A DNA stretch of 64,000 nucleotides, taken from the NCBI GenBank assembly GCA_016926915.1, contig JAFGNR010000040.1, positions 230 through 64,229 on the forward strand, written 5' to 3'. Below, one piece after another: positions 50,994-61,192 of the stretch. Position 1 is the stretch's first letter, and every line of letters starts with the position of its first letter. The notes under the pieces are model-generated. The model was given only the letters and a program-made list of their open reading frames with translations. It ran no database searches and was not told where the DNA came from. This DNA is from Anaerolineae bacterium. Its GTDB lineage: Bacteria > Chloroflexota > Anaerolineae > B4-G1 > SLSP01. A program made the position numbers and the translations under genes.

Positions 50994-52241
50994 CTATTCC
51001 TTCTCGTAGGGCGCCCCATCCGCAGCCGGAGGACGCGATTGTCCCACAACCCCCGCCAGCACGATCATGGTAACCAGATAAGGAGCCATCAGCAGGAATT
51101 GTGAGGGTATCGGGACCTGTAGAATCGCCAGTTTGGTCTGCAGCGAATCTGCAAAACCAAAAATCAGCGAGGAACCGAAGGCCCCGATGGGATTCCAATT
51201 GCCGAAAATCATCGCCGCCATACCGATATATCCCTTGCCGGCGCTCATCAATTCATCGAAACGAGCCACAGAACTGAGAACCAGATAGGCCCCGCTCAGC
51301 CCCGCGACCATGCCGCCGATGATGACATTGATATAGCGTGTCCGGAAAACCTTGATGCCCAACGTATCCGCCGCCCGGGGATGCTCGCCTACAGCGCGCG
51401 TCCGCAATCCCCAACGCGTCTGATAGAGCATGAATTGGATGGCAAACACGAGGAAGAAAGCGAGATAGACCACAAAGGTATGGTTGAAGAATGCAGGTCC
51501 AACGACCGGAATCCTGCCGAGCAGCGGGATTTGTAGCGGCCGGAAAGTCGGCGGCGTGTTCAAGGCCGCATTGGTCTGCAAATAGCGAGAGCTGAAGTAG
51601 CTGGTGAGGCCGGTCGCAAGAATCGTAATGGCGGTCCCGGCCACAATCTGATCCACTTTGTAGTTGATCGCCAGCACAGCCAGCAAGGCAGCCATCAGGC
51701 CGCCCCCGGCCAGAGCGGCAAGCAATCCCCACCACTGACTGCCCGTCACACTTCCGATCAGAGCTGATAGGAAAGCGCCGGCAAGCATCATCCCCTCGAT
51801 GCCGATGTTGACCACGCCGCTGCGCTCGCACATCACGCCGCTCAACGCCGCCAGGAGAATGGGCATCGAGCGCAACAGAGTCGATTCCAACATACCGGTG
51901 AGGTTCATCGACTTATCGCGGGCTGCCCACGCGAGAAACGCGAGCACAAACAGCCCTGCGACCACGCCCAGGATCAGATTTTGATTGGGAAACCCTTTCG
52001 CCAGTTGCCACGCCCCCAGGAACACGATGACCACGACCAACACGTAGAGGCCCATTTGGGTGCTGAAGATCAAATCGGGTAAAGCCAGCGCTTCCACCTT
52101 GGTAGCCGTAAAGGTGAAGGTTGTTTGCTGTTCACCGGTCGTACCAGGCAGAAAGAGCAGCAATACTGCCAGAGCAAAAACCAGGAAAATGATCCCCATG
52201 GTGCGCGCTTTGCGCTTTTCTTGATTGAGAATAGTATCCAT
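50994..52241 (-). CDS. ABC transporter permease (BMP/nucleoside-type)
   Basis: 415 aa with about 8-10 TM helices; homologous to the adjacent permease. Confidence 0.8.
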   Translation of the reverse strand: MDTILNQEKRKARTMGIIFLVFALAVLLLFLPGTTGEQQTTFTFTATKVEALALPDLIFSTQMGLYVLVVVIVFLGAWQLAKGFPNQNLILGVVAGLFVLAFLAWAARDKSMNLTGMLESTLLRSMPILLAALSGVMCERSGVVNIGIEGMMLAGAFLSALIGSVTGSQWWGLLAALAGGGLMAALLAVLAINYKVDQIVAGTAITILATGLTSYFSSRYLQTNAALNTPPTFRPLQIPLLGRIPVVGPAFFNHTFVVYLAFFLVFAIQFMLYQTRWGLRTRAVGEHPRAADTLGIKVFRTRYINVIIGGMVAGLSGAYLVLSSVARFDELMSAGKGYIGMAAMIFGNWNPIGAFGSSLIFGFADSLQTKLAILQVPIPSQFLLMAPYLVTMIVLAGVVGQSRPPAADGAPYEKE

Positions 52242-52255
52242 TTTGCATCATCCTC

Positions 52256-53443
52256 CTACATCTGGCCCCAGCCCCGGGTTAACACCAGTTCCTCACCCTG
52301 CTCCAGGCCGCGAATCCGGTAGATGGCCCGGACGATTGCCGGCGCGGCGATGAAGACGATGATCAAGCCCTGGAGAATCGAAGTGATATCGATGGGAATC
52401 TGCGCGATCCCCTGCATGTTAGAAGCCCCCGACCGCAAGGCGCCAAAGAGCAACGATGCCAATACCACTCCCAAGGGATGACTGTTTCCCAACAGCGCCA
52501 ACGCAATCGCATCGAAGCCGTAGCCGGAAGAGAAGGCATTGGGCATAAAGTGGATGACCCCCAGAATGTCCATCGGAGCCGCCAGGCCGGCCAATGCGCC
52601 GCTCAACGCCATCGTGATGATGATGGTGCGAGGGACATTGATACCCGCGTAACGCGCCGCGTGGGGATTCTGCCCTACGGTGCGAATCTCATACCCCAGC
52701 GTCGTTTTGTAGAGCAGCCACCAGACGAGGACGGCGAACGCCAGGGCAATAAAGAAACCGGCATTGAAGCGGATGGTAGAATCGGACGGAAAGAACTGCG
52801 GCAAGTAGGCGGAAGGCTGCACCTCAGGACTCACCGGCCGGTAGCCAGGCCGGGCCATGGGACCGCCGACGTCCAGCATAAACTCGGCCAGACGATAGGC
52901 CACGTAGTTCATCATGATCGTGTTGATGACTTCGTGGGCGCCGGTCTTGGCCTTGAGCACACCGACGATACCGGCCCACAGCGCGCCCCCCACAGCCCCT
53001 GCCAGTAGGGCCAGAGGCAGATGGACGAACCAGGGGAGTCCGGTAAGGCTATACCCCACGTAGACTGAAGTCAGACCGCCGATGAAATACTGTCCTTCCG
53101 CGCCGATGTTGAACAAACCGCCTTGAAACCCCAAGGCGACCGCCAATCCGGCGAAGATATATGGGGTAGCGATGCGCAGCGTCTCGGTGATATGGTAGAG
53201 GTCGCCAAAGGCTCCGAAAAAGAAGGCCCCATATGCTTTCGAAATGATCCGCCAGGCCTGGACCAGGCCCGACCCGATACCACGGCCAAAAGCTGCCAAC
53301 ACCGTTTCATCGGTGACAATAATCAGCAACGCGCCGATAATCAACGCGGTGACCACGGCCAGCAGCGGCACCGCCAGACTCCGCGCGGCAGCGCTGATGC
53401 GTGAGGGGGATTTTCCCTCTGCGTTTGCTTTCTGCCTACTCAT
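52256..53443 (-). CDS. ABC transporter permease (BMP/nucleoside-type)
   Basis: 395 aa multi-TM protein; its start overlaps the ATPase stop (ATGA). Confidence 0.8.
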   Translation of the reverse strand: MSRQKANAEGKSPSRISAAARSLAVPLLAVVTALIIGALLIIVTDETVLAAFGRGIGSGLVQAWRIISKAYGAFFFGAFGDLYHITETLRIATPYIFAGLAVALGFQGGLFNIGAEGQYFIGGLTSVYVGYSLTGLPWFVHLPLALLAGAVGGALWAGIVGVLKAKTGAHEVINTIMMNYVAYRLAEFMLDVGGPMARPGYRPVSPEVQPSAYLPQFFPSDSTIRFNAGFFIALAFAVLVWWLLYKTTLGYEIRTVGQNPHAARYAGINVPRTIIITMALSGALAGLAAPMDILGVIHFMPNAFSSGYGFDAIALALLGNSHPLGVVLASLLFGALRSGASNMQGIAQIPIDITSILQGLIIVFIAAPAIVRAIYRIRGLEQGEELVLTRGWGQM

Positions 53444-54969
53444 GCCGCCTCCTGTGTTCCCGGGTGTACCCCGGCCATCAACAGACCGATCTCTTCCTTC
53501 GTCGCTTCATCCGCCAGCACAACGCCCATGATCTCGCCATCAAACATCACGAGGATCCGGTCGGCCAGGGACAGCACCTCATCCAATTCTGCGGAAACCA
53601 CGATGACAGCCGCGCCTTCATCACGTTTGCGGACCAACTGCGAGTGGATGTACTCGATGGAGCCCACATCCAGGCCCCGGGTGGGTTGCGACGCGATGAC
53701 GAGTTTCACATCCCGGCTGAGCTCGCGGGCCACGATGACTTTTTGTTGATTGCCGCCCGATAGATTCCCCGCCGGCGTGAAGATACCCGGCGTGCGCACA
53801 TCATACTCTTTGACCAACCGCTCCGCCCGTTCCGCGATGACTTCTTCCTGCATCACAAGCCCCTTGGCAACCGGGGGCAGATAATAAGTGTTGAGCACCA
53901 GGTTATCGGAGATGGGGTATCCCAACACCAGACCATCCTTCTGGCGATCTTCCGGGATATGGGCGCTTCCTACCTCAGTGATCGTTCGGGGGGTATGATT
54001 GGTGATATCCTGACCTGCCAGGGTTACCGTACCGGTCATCACGGGCCGCAGCCCGGTGAGCGCCTCGATCAGCTCGGTCTGACCATTCCCCTGCACACCG
54101 GCGACGCCGACAATCTCTCCGGCGCAGGCCTCGAAACTGATGCCGTCGACAGCAATCTCACCCCGGTCTCCTCTCACGCGCAGCTCCTTGACCGCAAGAA
54201 TGACCTCTTGGGGGTGGGCGGGCTCTTTGGACACCGTGAGAATCACTTCACGCCCCACCATGAGCGAGGCCAGATCGCGCTCGGTAGCCGTTGCCGGATC
54301 AGCGGCGCCCACCAGCTTCCCGCGACGCAGGACTGCAATGGTGTCGGCAAGCGCCAACACTTCCTTGAGCTTGTGTGAGATGAAGATCACGGATTTCCCC
54401 TGCGCAACCAGGGTACGCACAACCGCGAAGAATCCTTCGACTTCCTGCGGCGTCAAGACGGCAGTTGGCTCATCCAGGATCAAGATGTCAGCATTACGAT
54501 AGAGTAGTTTGATAATTTCGACACGTTGCTGAATGCCGACGGGCAAATCCCCAACCAGATCATCGGGGTTCACATCAAGTCCGTAGCGTGCGGAAAGATC
54601 GCGGATACGTTTCGCGGCGGCCTCGCGATCCAGGAGTATCCCATGTTTGATGGACTCCATTCCCAACATCACATTCTCTGTCACCGTGAGCACCGGCACC
54701 AGCATGAAGTGCTGGTGTACCATACCAATCCCTAGACGAATAGCGTCGTTAGGTCCCGCGATGTCGACCCGTTCGCCACGGATGGCTATCTCGCCCTCAT
54801 CGGGTGTGTACAGGCCATAGAGCACGTTCATCAGCGTGCTCTTGCCGGCGCCGCTTTCCCCCAGGAGCGCCAGCACAGTACCCTCGTGCAATGTGAGATC
54901 GATATGATCGTTGGCCAGCACGCCGGGGAAACGCTTGGTAATGCCTTTGAGTTCCAAAACTGGGGGCAT
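53440..54969 (-). CDS. ABC transporter ATP-binding protein with duplicated ATPase domains
   Basis: Two Walker A motifs (GESGAGKST; GVQGNGQT) and two signatures (LSGGNQQKV-like). ATG at 54969 with RBS GAGGAGG; the ORF-track start at 55059 is unlikely. Confidence 0.85.
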   Translation of the reverse strand: MPPVLELKGITKRFPGVLANDHIDLTLHEGTVLALLGESGAGKSTLMNVLYGLYTPDEGEIAIRGERVDIAGPNDAIRLGIGMVHQHFMLVPVLTVTENVMLGMESIKHGILLDREAAAKRIRDLSARYGLDVNPDDLVGDLPVGIQQRVEIIKLLYRNADILILDEPTAVLTPQEVEGFFAVVRTLVAQGKSVIFISHKLKEVLALADTIAVLRRGKLVGAADPATATERDLASLMVGREVILTVSKEPAHPQEVILAVKELRVRGDRGEIAVDGISFEACAGEIVGVAGVQGNGQTELIEALTGLRPVMTGTVTLAGQDITNHTPRTITEVGSAHIPEDRQKDGLVLGYPISDNLVLNTYYLPPVAKGLVMQEEVIAERAERLVKEYDVRTPGIFTPAGNLSGGNQQKVIVARELSRDVKLVIASQPTRGLDVGSIEYIHSQLVRKRDEGAAVIVVSAELDEVLSLADRILVMFDGEIMGVVLADEATKEEIGLLMAGVHPGTQEAA

Positions 54970-55032
54970 AGTTCCTCCTCGGAATGCCTCTCGCATCATC
55001 AGCGTAAACCATATAGCAAAAACGCAAAACGC

Positions 55033-55043
55033 GGGGGGGGGGG
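55033..55043. repeat. G11 homopolymer tract in the SBP-ATPase intergenic region
   Basis: Eleven consecutive G on the plus strand at 55033-55043. Confidence 0.9.
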
Positions 55044-55062
55044 AGGACGATCGGAACACCCA

Positions 55063-55080
55063 AACGTTTTACGTTTGCGC
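55063..55080. promoter_or_regulatory. PurR-box-like palindromic operator candidate
   Basis: accCAAACGTTTTaCGT matches the E. coli pur-box consensus ACGCAAACGTTTTCGT at 14 of 16 positions. A second related half-site acgcaaaacgcg lies at 55021-55033. Confidence 0.35.
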
Positions 55081-55096
55081 CACACGGATGAAAAGT

Positions 55097-55131
55097 GAGG
55101 AGGCGAGAGCTTCACGGCCCATCGCCTCCTC
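55097..55131 (-). terminator. Intra-operon hairpin after the substrate-binding protein gene (partial terminator / stoichiometry attenuator)
   Basis: 10-bp stem gaggaggcga/tcgcctcctc with a 15-nt loop, directly downstream of the BMP stop. It is followed on the minus strand by acUUUUc. Confidence 0.45.
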
Positions 55132-55148
55132 TTGCTTACACCAGTCTA

Positions 55149-56213
55149 TTACTCCAAACCCGCCAGATAGGTATCCCATCCGGTGTCGATTTCGCCCGCG
55201 ATAATCGACGCCTTGATAGTCTCCAGATCCTTGAGCACTGCATCCGCGACCGCGCCGGAAGCCACAGGGGCAATCCCGACGCCATCATTCTCCAGGGTGC
55301 CGACGTAGTTCTCGCCGCCGAACCCCGCAAAATTCGGGTCGATGACCTGCTTGATCGTGTCGAAGACTGCGACATCCATGTTCTTCAACACGCTGGTGAG
55401 CACCACATCCTTGTACTGGGAAGCACTCACCGTCCAATCGGTATCGACGCCGATGATCCAGGCATTACCGGCTTCCTGCACAGCCTGCGCCGAACCAAGC
55501 CCCACCGGGCCGGCCACCGGCATGACGACGTCCGCGCCCTCGGCCATGAACTCCTCGGCCACCCGGCGTCCATCATCCGTCGATTCGAAGTTGCCCACGA
55601 ACACGCCATTGTTCTCGGCCGTATTCCAACCCAGCACCTCGACACTCGCGCCGTTCTGGGCGTTGTAGTAATCGACGCCAGCCTCGAAGCCAACCATGAA
55701 AATGGCCACCGTGGGGATGTTGATCCCACCGAACGTCGCCACCTTCCCGGTCTTCGTTGCAGCTGCGGCCACGTAGCCGGCCATGAACCCGGCCTGGTCC
55801 GTGGAGAAGGTCAAGCCGCGCACGTTGTCGCCCAGGGAGCCGAAGTCCACAATGGCAAAGTTGACGTCGGGATTCTCCGCCGCCATCGCCGCCGTGTCAT
55901 CCGCCAGCAGGAAACCTACCGTCACGATCAGGTCGGTGTCTTGTTTGATGTATTGCGTAATATTCGTGGCGTAGTCGGTTTGCTGTTGGGACTCCAGATA
56001 CGACCCCGAGACGTTAAGCTCTTCGATGGCGAGCTCCACGCCCTTCCACGCCGTGGCATTGAAGGACTTGTCGTCGATCCCGCCCATGTCGGTAACCATG
56101 CCGACGGAAGCGACGGTCTCTTCACCGCCTGTATCCCCGGCGTCCCCGCAACCGGTGAACATCACACTGACAACTAATAACAGACTTACCAGCATCCATA
56201 GATTCTTGCGCAT
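55149..56213 (-). CDS. BMP family (PnrA-like) ABC transporter substrate-binding lipoprotein
   Basis: Lipoprotein signal MRKNLWMLVSLLLVVSVMFTGC, then a basic-membrane-protein fold. ATG at 56213 with AAGGAGG 7 nt upstream; the ORF-track start at 56237 is a TTG. Confidence 0.8.
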   Translation of the reverse strand: MRKNLWMLVSLLLVVSVMFTGCGDAGDTGGEETVASVGMVTDMGGIDDKSFNATAWKGVELAIEELNVSGSYLESQQQTDYATNITQYIKQDTDLIVTVGFLLADDTAAMAAENPDVNFAIVDFGSLGDNVRGLTFSTDQAGFMAGYVAAAATKTGKVATFGGINIPTVAIFMVGFEAGVDYYNAQNGASVEVLGWNTAENNGVFVGNFESTDDGRRVAEEFMAEGADVVMPVAGPVGLGSAQAVQEAGNAWIIGVDTDWTVSASQYKDVVLTSVLKNMDVAVFDTIKQVIDPNFAGFGGENYVGTLENDGVGIAPVASGAVADAVLKDLETIKASIIAGEIDTGWDTYLAGLE

Positions 56214-56433
56214 GAAACTCCTCCTTAAAGGTACCAACAGGTGATTAACAGCAGCTTGCTCGCACCGATCCTGCGGGTCCCCCCTATTGAAAGGGTCGTT
56301 GGCCCCACACGATCAAGGTAAACCACATCACAAGCTACCTTACTACGATTATACCCCAGACTCACATCAAAGAAAAGGCGCAATCACTCCACCAACCGCG
56401 AAGATTTGTCACCTTTCGGGCCGTATAGTCGCG

Positions 56434-58863
56434 TTATGACTTCGCAAACGTAAGCTTTTCGTCCACGAGATCAACGTTAATTTCGTCGCCGGCGCTGAAT
56501 TCGCCCTCCAAAAGACTGATACTCAACGGACTCTCGACGTAGCGCTGGATAGCACGGCGCAAGGGACGCGCGCCGAATTGGGGATCATAGCCTTGCTCTG
56601 CCAGCCAACGTTTCGCCGCCGCCGTAATCGACACCCTCAGTTCATACTCGTCGAGGCGCTCCTGCACCTCGAGCAATTGTAGAGCGACAATCTTCTCGAC
56701 ATCTGCTACCGTCAAATTGCCGAACACGATGATTTCATCGACCCGGTTGATAAATTCGGGCCGGAAACTGCGCTTGAGTTCCGAGAGCATCCGTCGGCGC
56801 GCCTCGTCCTCTTGGGCGTCGTTCCCCTTGGTGAAACCAATCGCTCCCCCCCGGCGCATATACTCTGTCCCCACGTTGGACGTCATGATGACCAGGGTAT
56901 GCCGAAAATCCACCAAATGACCTTGACCGTCGGTCAACCGGCCTTCGTCCAGAATCTGAAGCAGCGCGTTCCAGACGTCGGAATGCGCCTTCTCGATCTC
57001 ATCGAAAAGAATGACCTGGTAAGGGCGCCGGCGCACGGCTTCCGTCAGCTGCCCGCCCTGGTCATAGCCCACGTAACCGGGCGGCGCTCCAAAAAGGCGA
57101 GATACCGTGTGGCTTTCCCGGTATTCACTCATATCGACGCGAAGCAGGGCATCTTCGTTATCGAAGAGGAAAGCCGCCAGGGCTTTCGCAGTCTCCGTTT
57201 TACCTACACCAGACGATCCCAGAAACAGAAACGTGCCGATCGGCCGGCGGGGATCTTTCAAACCGGCTCGGGCGCGCCGGATGGCATCGGCAATGGCGTG
57301 AATCGCCTCATCCTGACCGATGATGCGTTCCTGGAGCGCTTCTTCCATTCGCAGCAATTTCTTCGCCTCGGTCTCCATGACCTGGGCTACCGGGATTCCG
57401 GTCCACGCAGAGACCACGGCGGCAATATCTTTGGCTTCCACGATCTCATCCAACTGATGCGTGTTCAACCACTCGTCTCGTTTTTTATTGAAGACCTGCT
57501 CCAGCCGCATCCGCTGCGTCTTGATTTCGGCAGCGCGTTCGTAATCCCGGTTCGCGCCGGCCGACTCTTCCTCGGCTCGCAGGCGGTGGAGTTCTTCTTC
57601 CATACGTTTGAGATCTGGCGGCAGTGTATAGAGCGTCACGCGCAGTTTTGCCGCAGCCTCATCCATCAAATCGATGGCCTTGTCGGGCAAATGCCGGTCC
57701 GTCACGTAACGGTGCGCCAACTGCGCCGCAGCAACCAGGGCCTCCACACTGATGCGCACCTTGTGATGCGCCTCATAACGAGGTAACAAGCCCTTGAGCA
57801 TCTCGATCGTATCTTCGACCGAAGGCTCATCGACGAAAACCGGAGCAAAACGCCGCTCCAGCGCGCCGTCGCGTTCGATGTACTGGCGGTACTCGTCCAG
57901 CGTAGTCGCGCCCACACATTGCAACTCTCCACGAGCCAGCGCTGGTTTGATCATATTGGAGGCATCCAAAGCCCCGGCAGCGTTCCCGGCCCCCACCACG
58001 GTGTGCAGCTCATCGATGAAAAGAATGATTTCCCCTTCGGAACGTTGTACTTCCTCCAGGATACCCTTCAACCGCTCCTCGAATTCACCCCGGAAGCGCG
58101 TCCCCGCCACCAGGGCCCCTAAATCCAATTGGAGCAGATGACGTCCCTTGAGAATCTCAGGGACATCATCGCGCGCAATTTTCTGCGCCAATCCTTCGAC
58201 AATGGCGGTTTTGCCAACACCCGGTTCACCGATAAGCACGGGATTGTTCTTCGTGCGCCGTACCAGAATTTGAATCACGCGCTGGATTTCTGCATCCCGC
58301 CCGATCACCGGATCGAGCTTCTGTGCGTGGGCCATCTCCGTCAAGTCACGGCTGTACTTATCCAGAACCCGGTATTGGGATTCGGCCTGGGGATGCGTGA
58401 CTCGTTGCCCGCCTCGCATGGTGTTGACCGCTTCCAGAGCGCGCTCGCGGGTCAGGTTGTTATCTTGTAACAATCGGGCTACCGGAGTATTGCGTTCCTG
58501 AAGGATAGCCAGGAACAGGTGCTCGGTGGAGATGTACTCATCCTTGAGTTTAGCTGCTTCTTCGCGCGCCTGTTCGACGACGCGATTCACCCTGGGAGTG
58601 CTGAAGACTTGTTGCCGTCCTCCGGCGCCATAGATGCCAGGCCGCACGTTGGCATGCAAAAGGGCATCCAACTGGTCGGCAAGCGCTGCCGGAGTCACCC
58701 CCATGTCCGACAACAACGTCGACACAGTGCCCTCGGGCTGGTTGATAAGCGCCAATAACAGGTGTTCGATATCCACCTGACTGTGACCGTAATGAGTCAT
58801 CAATTCGACCGCGCGCCGGGCCGCCTCTTGAGCACGCTCTGTAAAGCGATCAAAACGCATCAT
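56434..58863 (-). CDS. clpC: ATP-dependent Clp protease ATP-binding subunit ClpC (class I Clp/Hsp100)
   Basis: N-terminal Clp_N repeats and two AAA+ modules ([15 protein letters not shown]; [15 protein letters not shown]). It has a short UVR-like linker ([18 protein letters not shown]) rather than the long ClpB M-domain. 809 aa. Confidence 0.85.
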   Translation of the reverse strand: MMRFDRFTERAQEAARRAVELMTHYGHSQVDIEHLLLALINQPEGTVSTLLSDMGVTPAALADQLDALLHANVRPGIYGAGGRQQVFSTPRVNRVVEQAREEAAKLKDEYISTEHLFLAILQERNTPVARLLQDNNLTRERALEAVNTMRGGQRVTHPQAESQYRVLDKYSRDLTEMAHAQKLDPVIGRDAEIQRVIQILVRRTKNNPVLIGEPGVGKTAIVEGLAQKIARDDVPEILKGRHLLQLDLGALVAGTRFRGEFEERLKGILEEVQRSEGEIILFIDELHTVVGAGNAAGALDASNMIKPALARGELQCVGATTLDEYRQYIERDGALERRFAPVFVDEPSVEDTIEMLKGLLPRYEAHHKVRISVEALVAAAQLAHRYVTDRHLPDKAIDLMDEAAAKLRVTLYTLPPDLKRMEEELHRLRAEEESAGANRDYERAAEIKTQRMRLEQVFNKKRDEWLNTHQLDEIVEAKDIAAVVSAWTGIPVAQVMETEAKKLLRMEEALQERIIGQDEAIHAIADAIRRARAGLKDPRRPIGTFLFLGSSGVGKTETAKALAAFLFDNEDALLRVDMSEYRESHTVSRLFGAPPGYVGYDQGGQLTEAVRRRPYQVILFDEIEKAHSDVWNALLQILDEGRLTDGQGHLVDFRHTLVIMTSNVGTEYMRRGGAIGFTKGNDAQEDEARRRMLSELKRSFRPEFINRVDEIIVFGNLTVADVEKIVALQLLEVQERLDEYELRVSITAAAKRWLAEQGYDPQFGARPLRRAIQRYVESPLSISLLEGEFSAGDEINVDLVDEKLTFAKS

Positions 58864-58900
58864 ACTTCGACATCCTCCCTACAATTCCCAGCAGCGACCG

Positions 58901-59608
58901 TCATAACGAGATGGCGCAGAGCGCTTGCTCTGCGGCGCTCTGCTCGGCAGCCCGCTTACTCGATCCCATACCCTCGCCCACGACGCGCCCATCCAGCAGC
59001 ACTTGCGCAGTAAAACGCTTGGCGTGATCGGGTCCTTCCTCTCCGGTAATCCGGTAAGTTGGCGTTACCCCGGTTTCTGCCTGCGCCCACTCCTGAAACC
59101 GCGACTTGGCATCCACGTACGACTCGGCAGACAGAATCTTCCGCGCCTCACGATCGAACCACGGTTCCAGTCGTGGCCAAACGGCTTCCAATCCCCCATC
59201 GAGATAGAGGGCGCCCACAGTAGCCTCGAGCGCGTCGCAGAGATTGGCAGACCGTGTGCGTCCACCACTCTCTTCCTCGCCATGCCCCAAACGCAAAGCC
59301 CAGGGTAATCCCAGATCATTGGCCAGGCGTGACAACGTCGAGGTGCGCACCAATGTAGCCCGCAACCGGGTCAGAGGACCTTCGGGAAAGTCGGGATACC
59401 GGCTATAAAGCCAGGCAGCAACCAGGAAATCCAGGACCGCATCGCCCAAGAACTCCAGCCGCTGGTTGTGATGCTCCTCGCCCCCCTCATCAGGATGCTC
59501 GTGGGCATAAGATGGATGGGTCAGCGCCAAACGTAGCAGGTCTGCTCGTTCAAAAGAATACCCAAGTTGTTGTTGCACGACTGCCGATGGATCTTCTACG
59601 TCCACCAT
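58901..59608 (-). CDS. rnc: Ribonuclease III
   Basis: Signature ERLEFLGDAVLDFLVAAWLY and a C-terminal dsRBD (KDAKSRFQEWAQA ... GEGMGSSKRAAEQSAAEQAL). Start at the ATG at 59608 with RBS GGGAGG; the longer ORF-track start lies upstream of the promoter. Confidence 0.9.
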   Translation of the reverse strand: MVDVEDPSAVVQQQLGYSFERADLLRLALTHPSYAHEHPDEGGEEHHNQRLEFLGDAVLDFLVAAWLYSRYPDFPEGPLTRLRATLVRTSTLSRLANDLGLPWALRLGHGEEESGGRTRSANLCDALEATVGALYLDGGLEAVWPRLEPWFDREARKILSAESYVDAKSRFQEWAQAETGVTPTYRITGEEGPDHAKRFTAQVLLDGRVVGEGMGSSKRAAEQSAAEQALCAISL

Positions 59609-59641
59609 ACCTAAGCACCTCCCACAAGAGGATTGCCTTGC

Positions 59642-59670
59642 ATTATAGCACACGCCGGCATCGTGCCCAA
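59642..59670 (-). promoter_or_regulatory. Extended -10 promoter for rnc
   Basis: On the minus strand: TTGGGC, 17-nt spacer, TGcTATAAT (plus 59642-59650). Confidence 0.45.
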
Positions 59671-59898
59671 TGTAAGGCACATCTCAAAACAGATATGACT
59701 TCCCCGAAAGAATTAACGTTTTCACCACAGAACGCGGAGGACACTATTCTTTCAAATTCCATCAAATCATCTTTAATATTTTCTTAGTGTTCTCTTTGCC
59801 TCCGCGGTTCAGAGGTTTTTTCAGGAGAGTCAGATATGATTTTGCTTGAACAGTGGCTGAGTCGAAACACTCAGATGCAAGTCTTGCTTTTCGCCTGA

Positions 59899-59939
59899 GA
59901 AAACAAGAAAACACGTCCCGCAAAAATCGCGGGACGTGA
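59899..59939 (-). terminator. Rho-independent terminator after the ECF sigma / anti-sigma operon
   Basis: Minus-strand 10-bp stem cacgtcccgc/gcgggacgtg with a 6-nt loop, followed by UUUUcUUgUUUUcUc. Confidence 0.75.
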
Positions 59940-59976
59940 AAAGGGCGGATCTGCGCGCCTTGGAAATTCACTTACT

Positions 59977-60630
59977 TCAGTAGATGGGGTCCCAAAGACT
60001 CTCCCAAGCTCGACCGGAAGCTGCGGCTAGACGGGCAACCTCAGGCTCATCCGTGTACATCAAAGCCAAAGCATTCAGAGTACGCCGGCTGCGCTCCACG
60101 TAAGGCAAGATATGACCGTTCGGAGATCCCCATTCGTAGGGATGTTCTGTCACGGACGTCAGCGCCTCCTCGATTTCGACAAAAAGCGGGTCTGGTACAG
60201 ATTGTCCCGTTGCGAGCAAGGCCCCGACCTCCTGGACACGACGATCCAGTAATTCCAGTCGAACCGTACCCCGATTATCCTCCGGAGTCGCTGCGATCCA
60301 TACAACCTCGACACTCCGCTTGATCGTATACAGACGCTCTCCTGGGAGACTGCCTCCCGCCAGGAAAACAATCTGAATAAGGCCGACAAGCAGCGCCAGG
60401 GTGAAGATAAAAGTTGCCCCTTGGCGCAAAGTCAAACGCATACGGAAAGAAAAAGGCGCGCGACGAGACTCCGCTTCTTGCCAGACCCGAGCCTTGTACC
60501 ATATCCGGGATTTTGCTCCAGACGGAATTTGAACCTCTTGCATGTGCGAAAGATATTGTTCGACTAACTCAACTTCTGACATGTTGGGGACAGGTCCCTC
60601 AGTTCGACTCATCTTCCATGCCTCCATCAA
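59977..60630 (-). CDS. Putative anti-sigma factor (single TM helix, DUF5667-like extracytoplasmic domain)
   Basis: Directly downstream of the ECF sigma gene, overlapping it by about 14-32 nt. TM segment ATFIFTLALLVGLIQIVFLAGG. The C-terminal domain (LYTIKRSVEVVWIA ... RLELLDRRVQEV) resembles anti-sigma periplasmic domains. Confidence 0.45.
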   Translation of the reverse strand: MMEAWKMSRTEGPVPNMSEVELVEQYLSHMQEVQIPSGAKSRIWYKARVWQEAESRRAPFSFRMRLTLRQGATFIFTLALLVGLIQIVFLAGGSLPGERLYTIKRSVEVVWIAATPEDNRGTVRLELLDRRVQEVGALLATGQSVPDPLFVEIEEALTSVTEHPYEWGSPNGHILPYVERSRRTLNALALMYTDEPEVARLAAASGRAWESLWDPIY

Positions 60631-61192
60631 CAGAGAACGCAGCTTTCGCCTTCAAAACCCCACGAAGTTTCATCAAAGCACGCCGCATCTTGCTCTTCAC
60701 GGCATTGGCGTTACTGTGAACAACTTGCGCAATTTCCCCATTATTCAACCCACCGGCAAAACGCAAGATGATTACTTCACGTTCTGACGCCGTCAAATAC
60801 TCCAAGGCCTGCACTAATCCTTCGTAAGCGAAGCGGTCTTCAGGAGTAGCGCCTGGTAACATTATCTCGAAATCTTCCGACAATACAATTTCATGCTCAG
60901 CCTGTCGGTGAACGCGACGCCAGTAGTCCGCACGACGCGCACGGGCGATACTGAACAACCAAGCAGCAAAAGGGCGGCCTCGCTCTTTGTAACGCTGGAT
61001 GCTGGTCAGCATACCAGCAAAAACCTCCGCAGTCAGGTCTTCCGCCACCGCACTATCACCGGTGTGATACAACATATAACGGAAAACTTCATCAACGTAG
61101 CGATTGTATAGCGACTCCAGCGCCTTTGGATCGCCCTGGCGCGCTTGCTTAACCCAATATTGCTCATCTTTCTGGAGGGGCATGTCATTCAT
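60599..61192 (-). CDS. RNA polymerase sigma factor, ECF (sigma-70 group 4) subfamily
   Basis: Region 2 (LYNRYVDEVFRYMLYHTGDSAVAEDLTAEVF) and region 4 HTH (GGLNNGEIAQVVHSNANAVKSKMRRALMKLR). 197 aa. Confidence 0.85.
   Translation of the reverse strand: MNDMPLQKDEQYWVKQARQGDPKALESLYNRYVDEVFRYMLYHTGDSAVAEDLTAEVFAGMLTSIQRYKERGRPFAAWLFSIARARRADYWRRVHRQAEHEIVLSEDFEIMLPGATPEDRFAYEGLVQALEYLTASEREVIILRFAGGLNNGEIAQVVHSNANAVKSKMRRALMKLRGVLKAKAAFSVDGGMEDESN

Noticed and set aside
59609-59680. Longer rnc start at 59680 and the small ORF 59762-59971(-)
   Set aside because: The extended -10 promoter for rnc (59642-59670) lies downstream of that start. The ATG at 59608 has a GGGAGG RBS. The 69-aa ORF sits in an AT-rich promoter/terminator spacer with no RBS.
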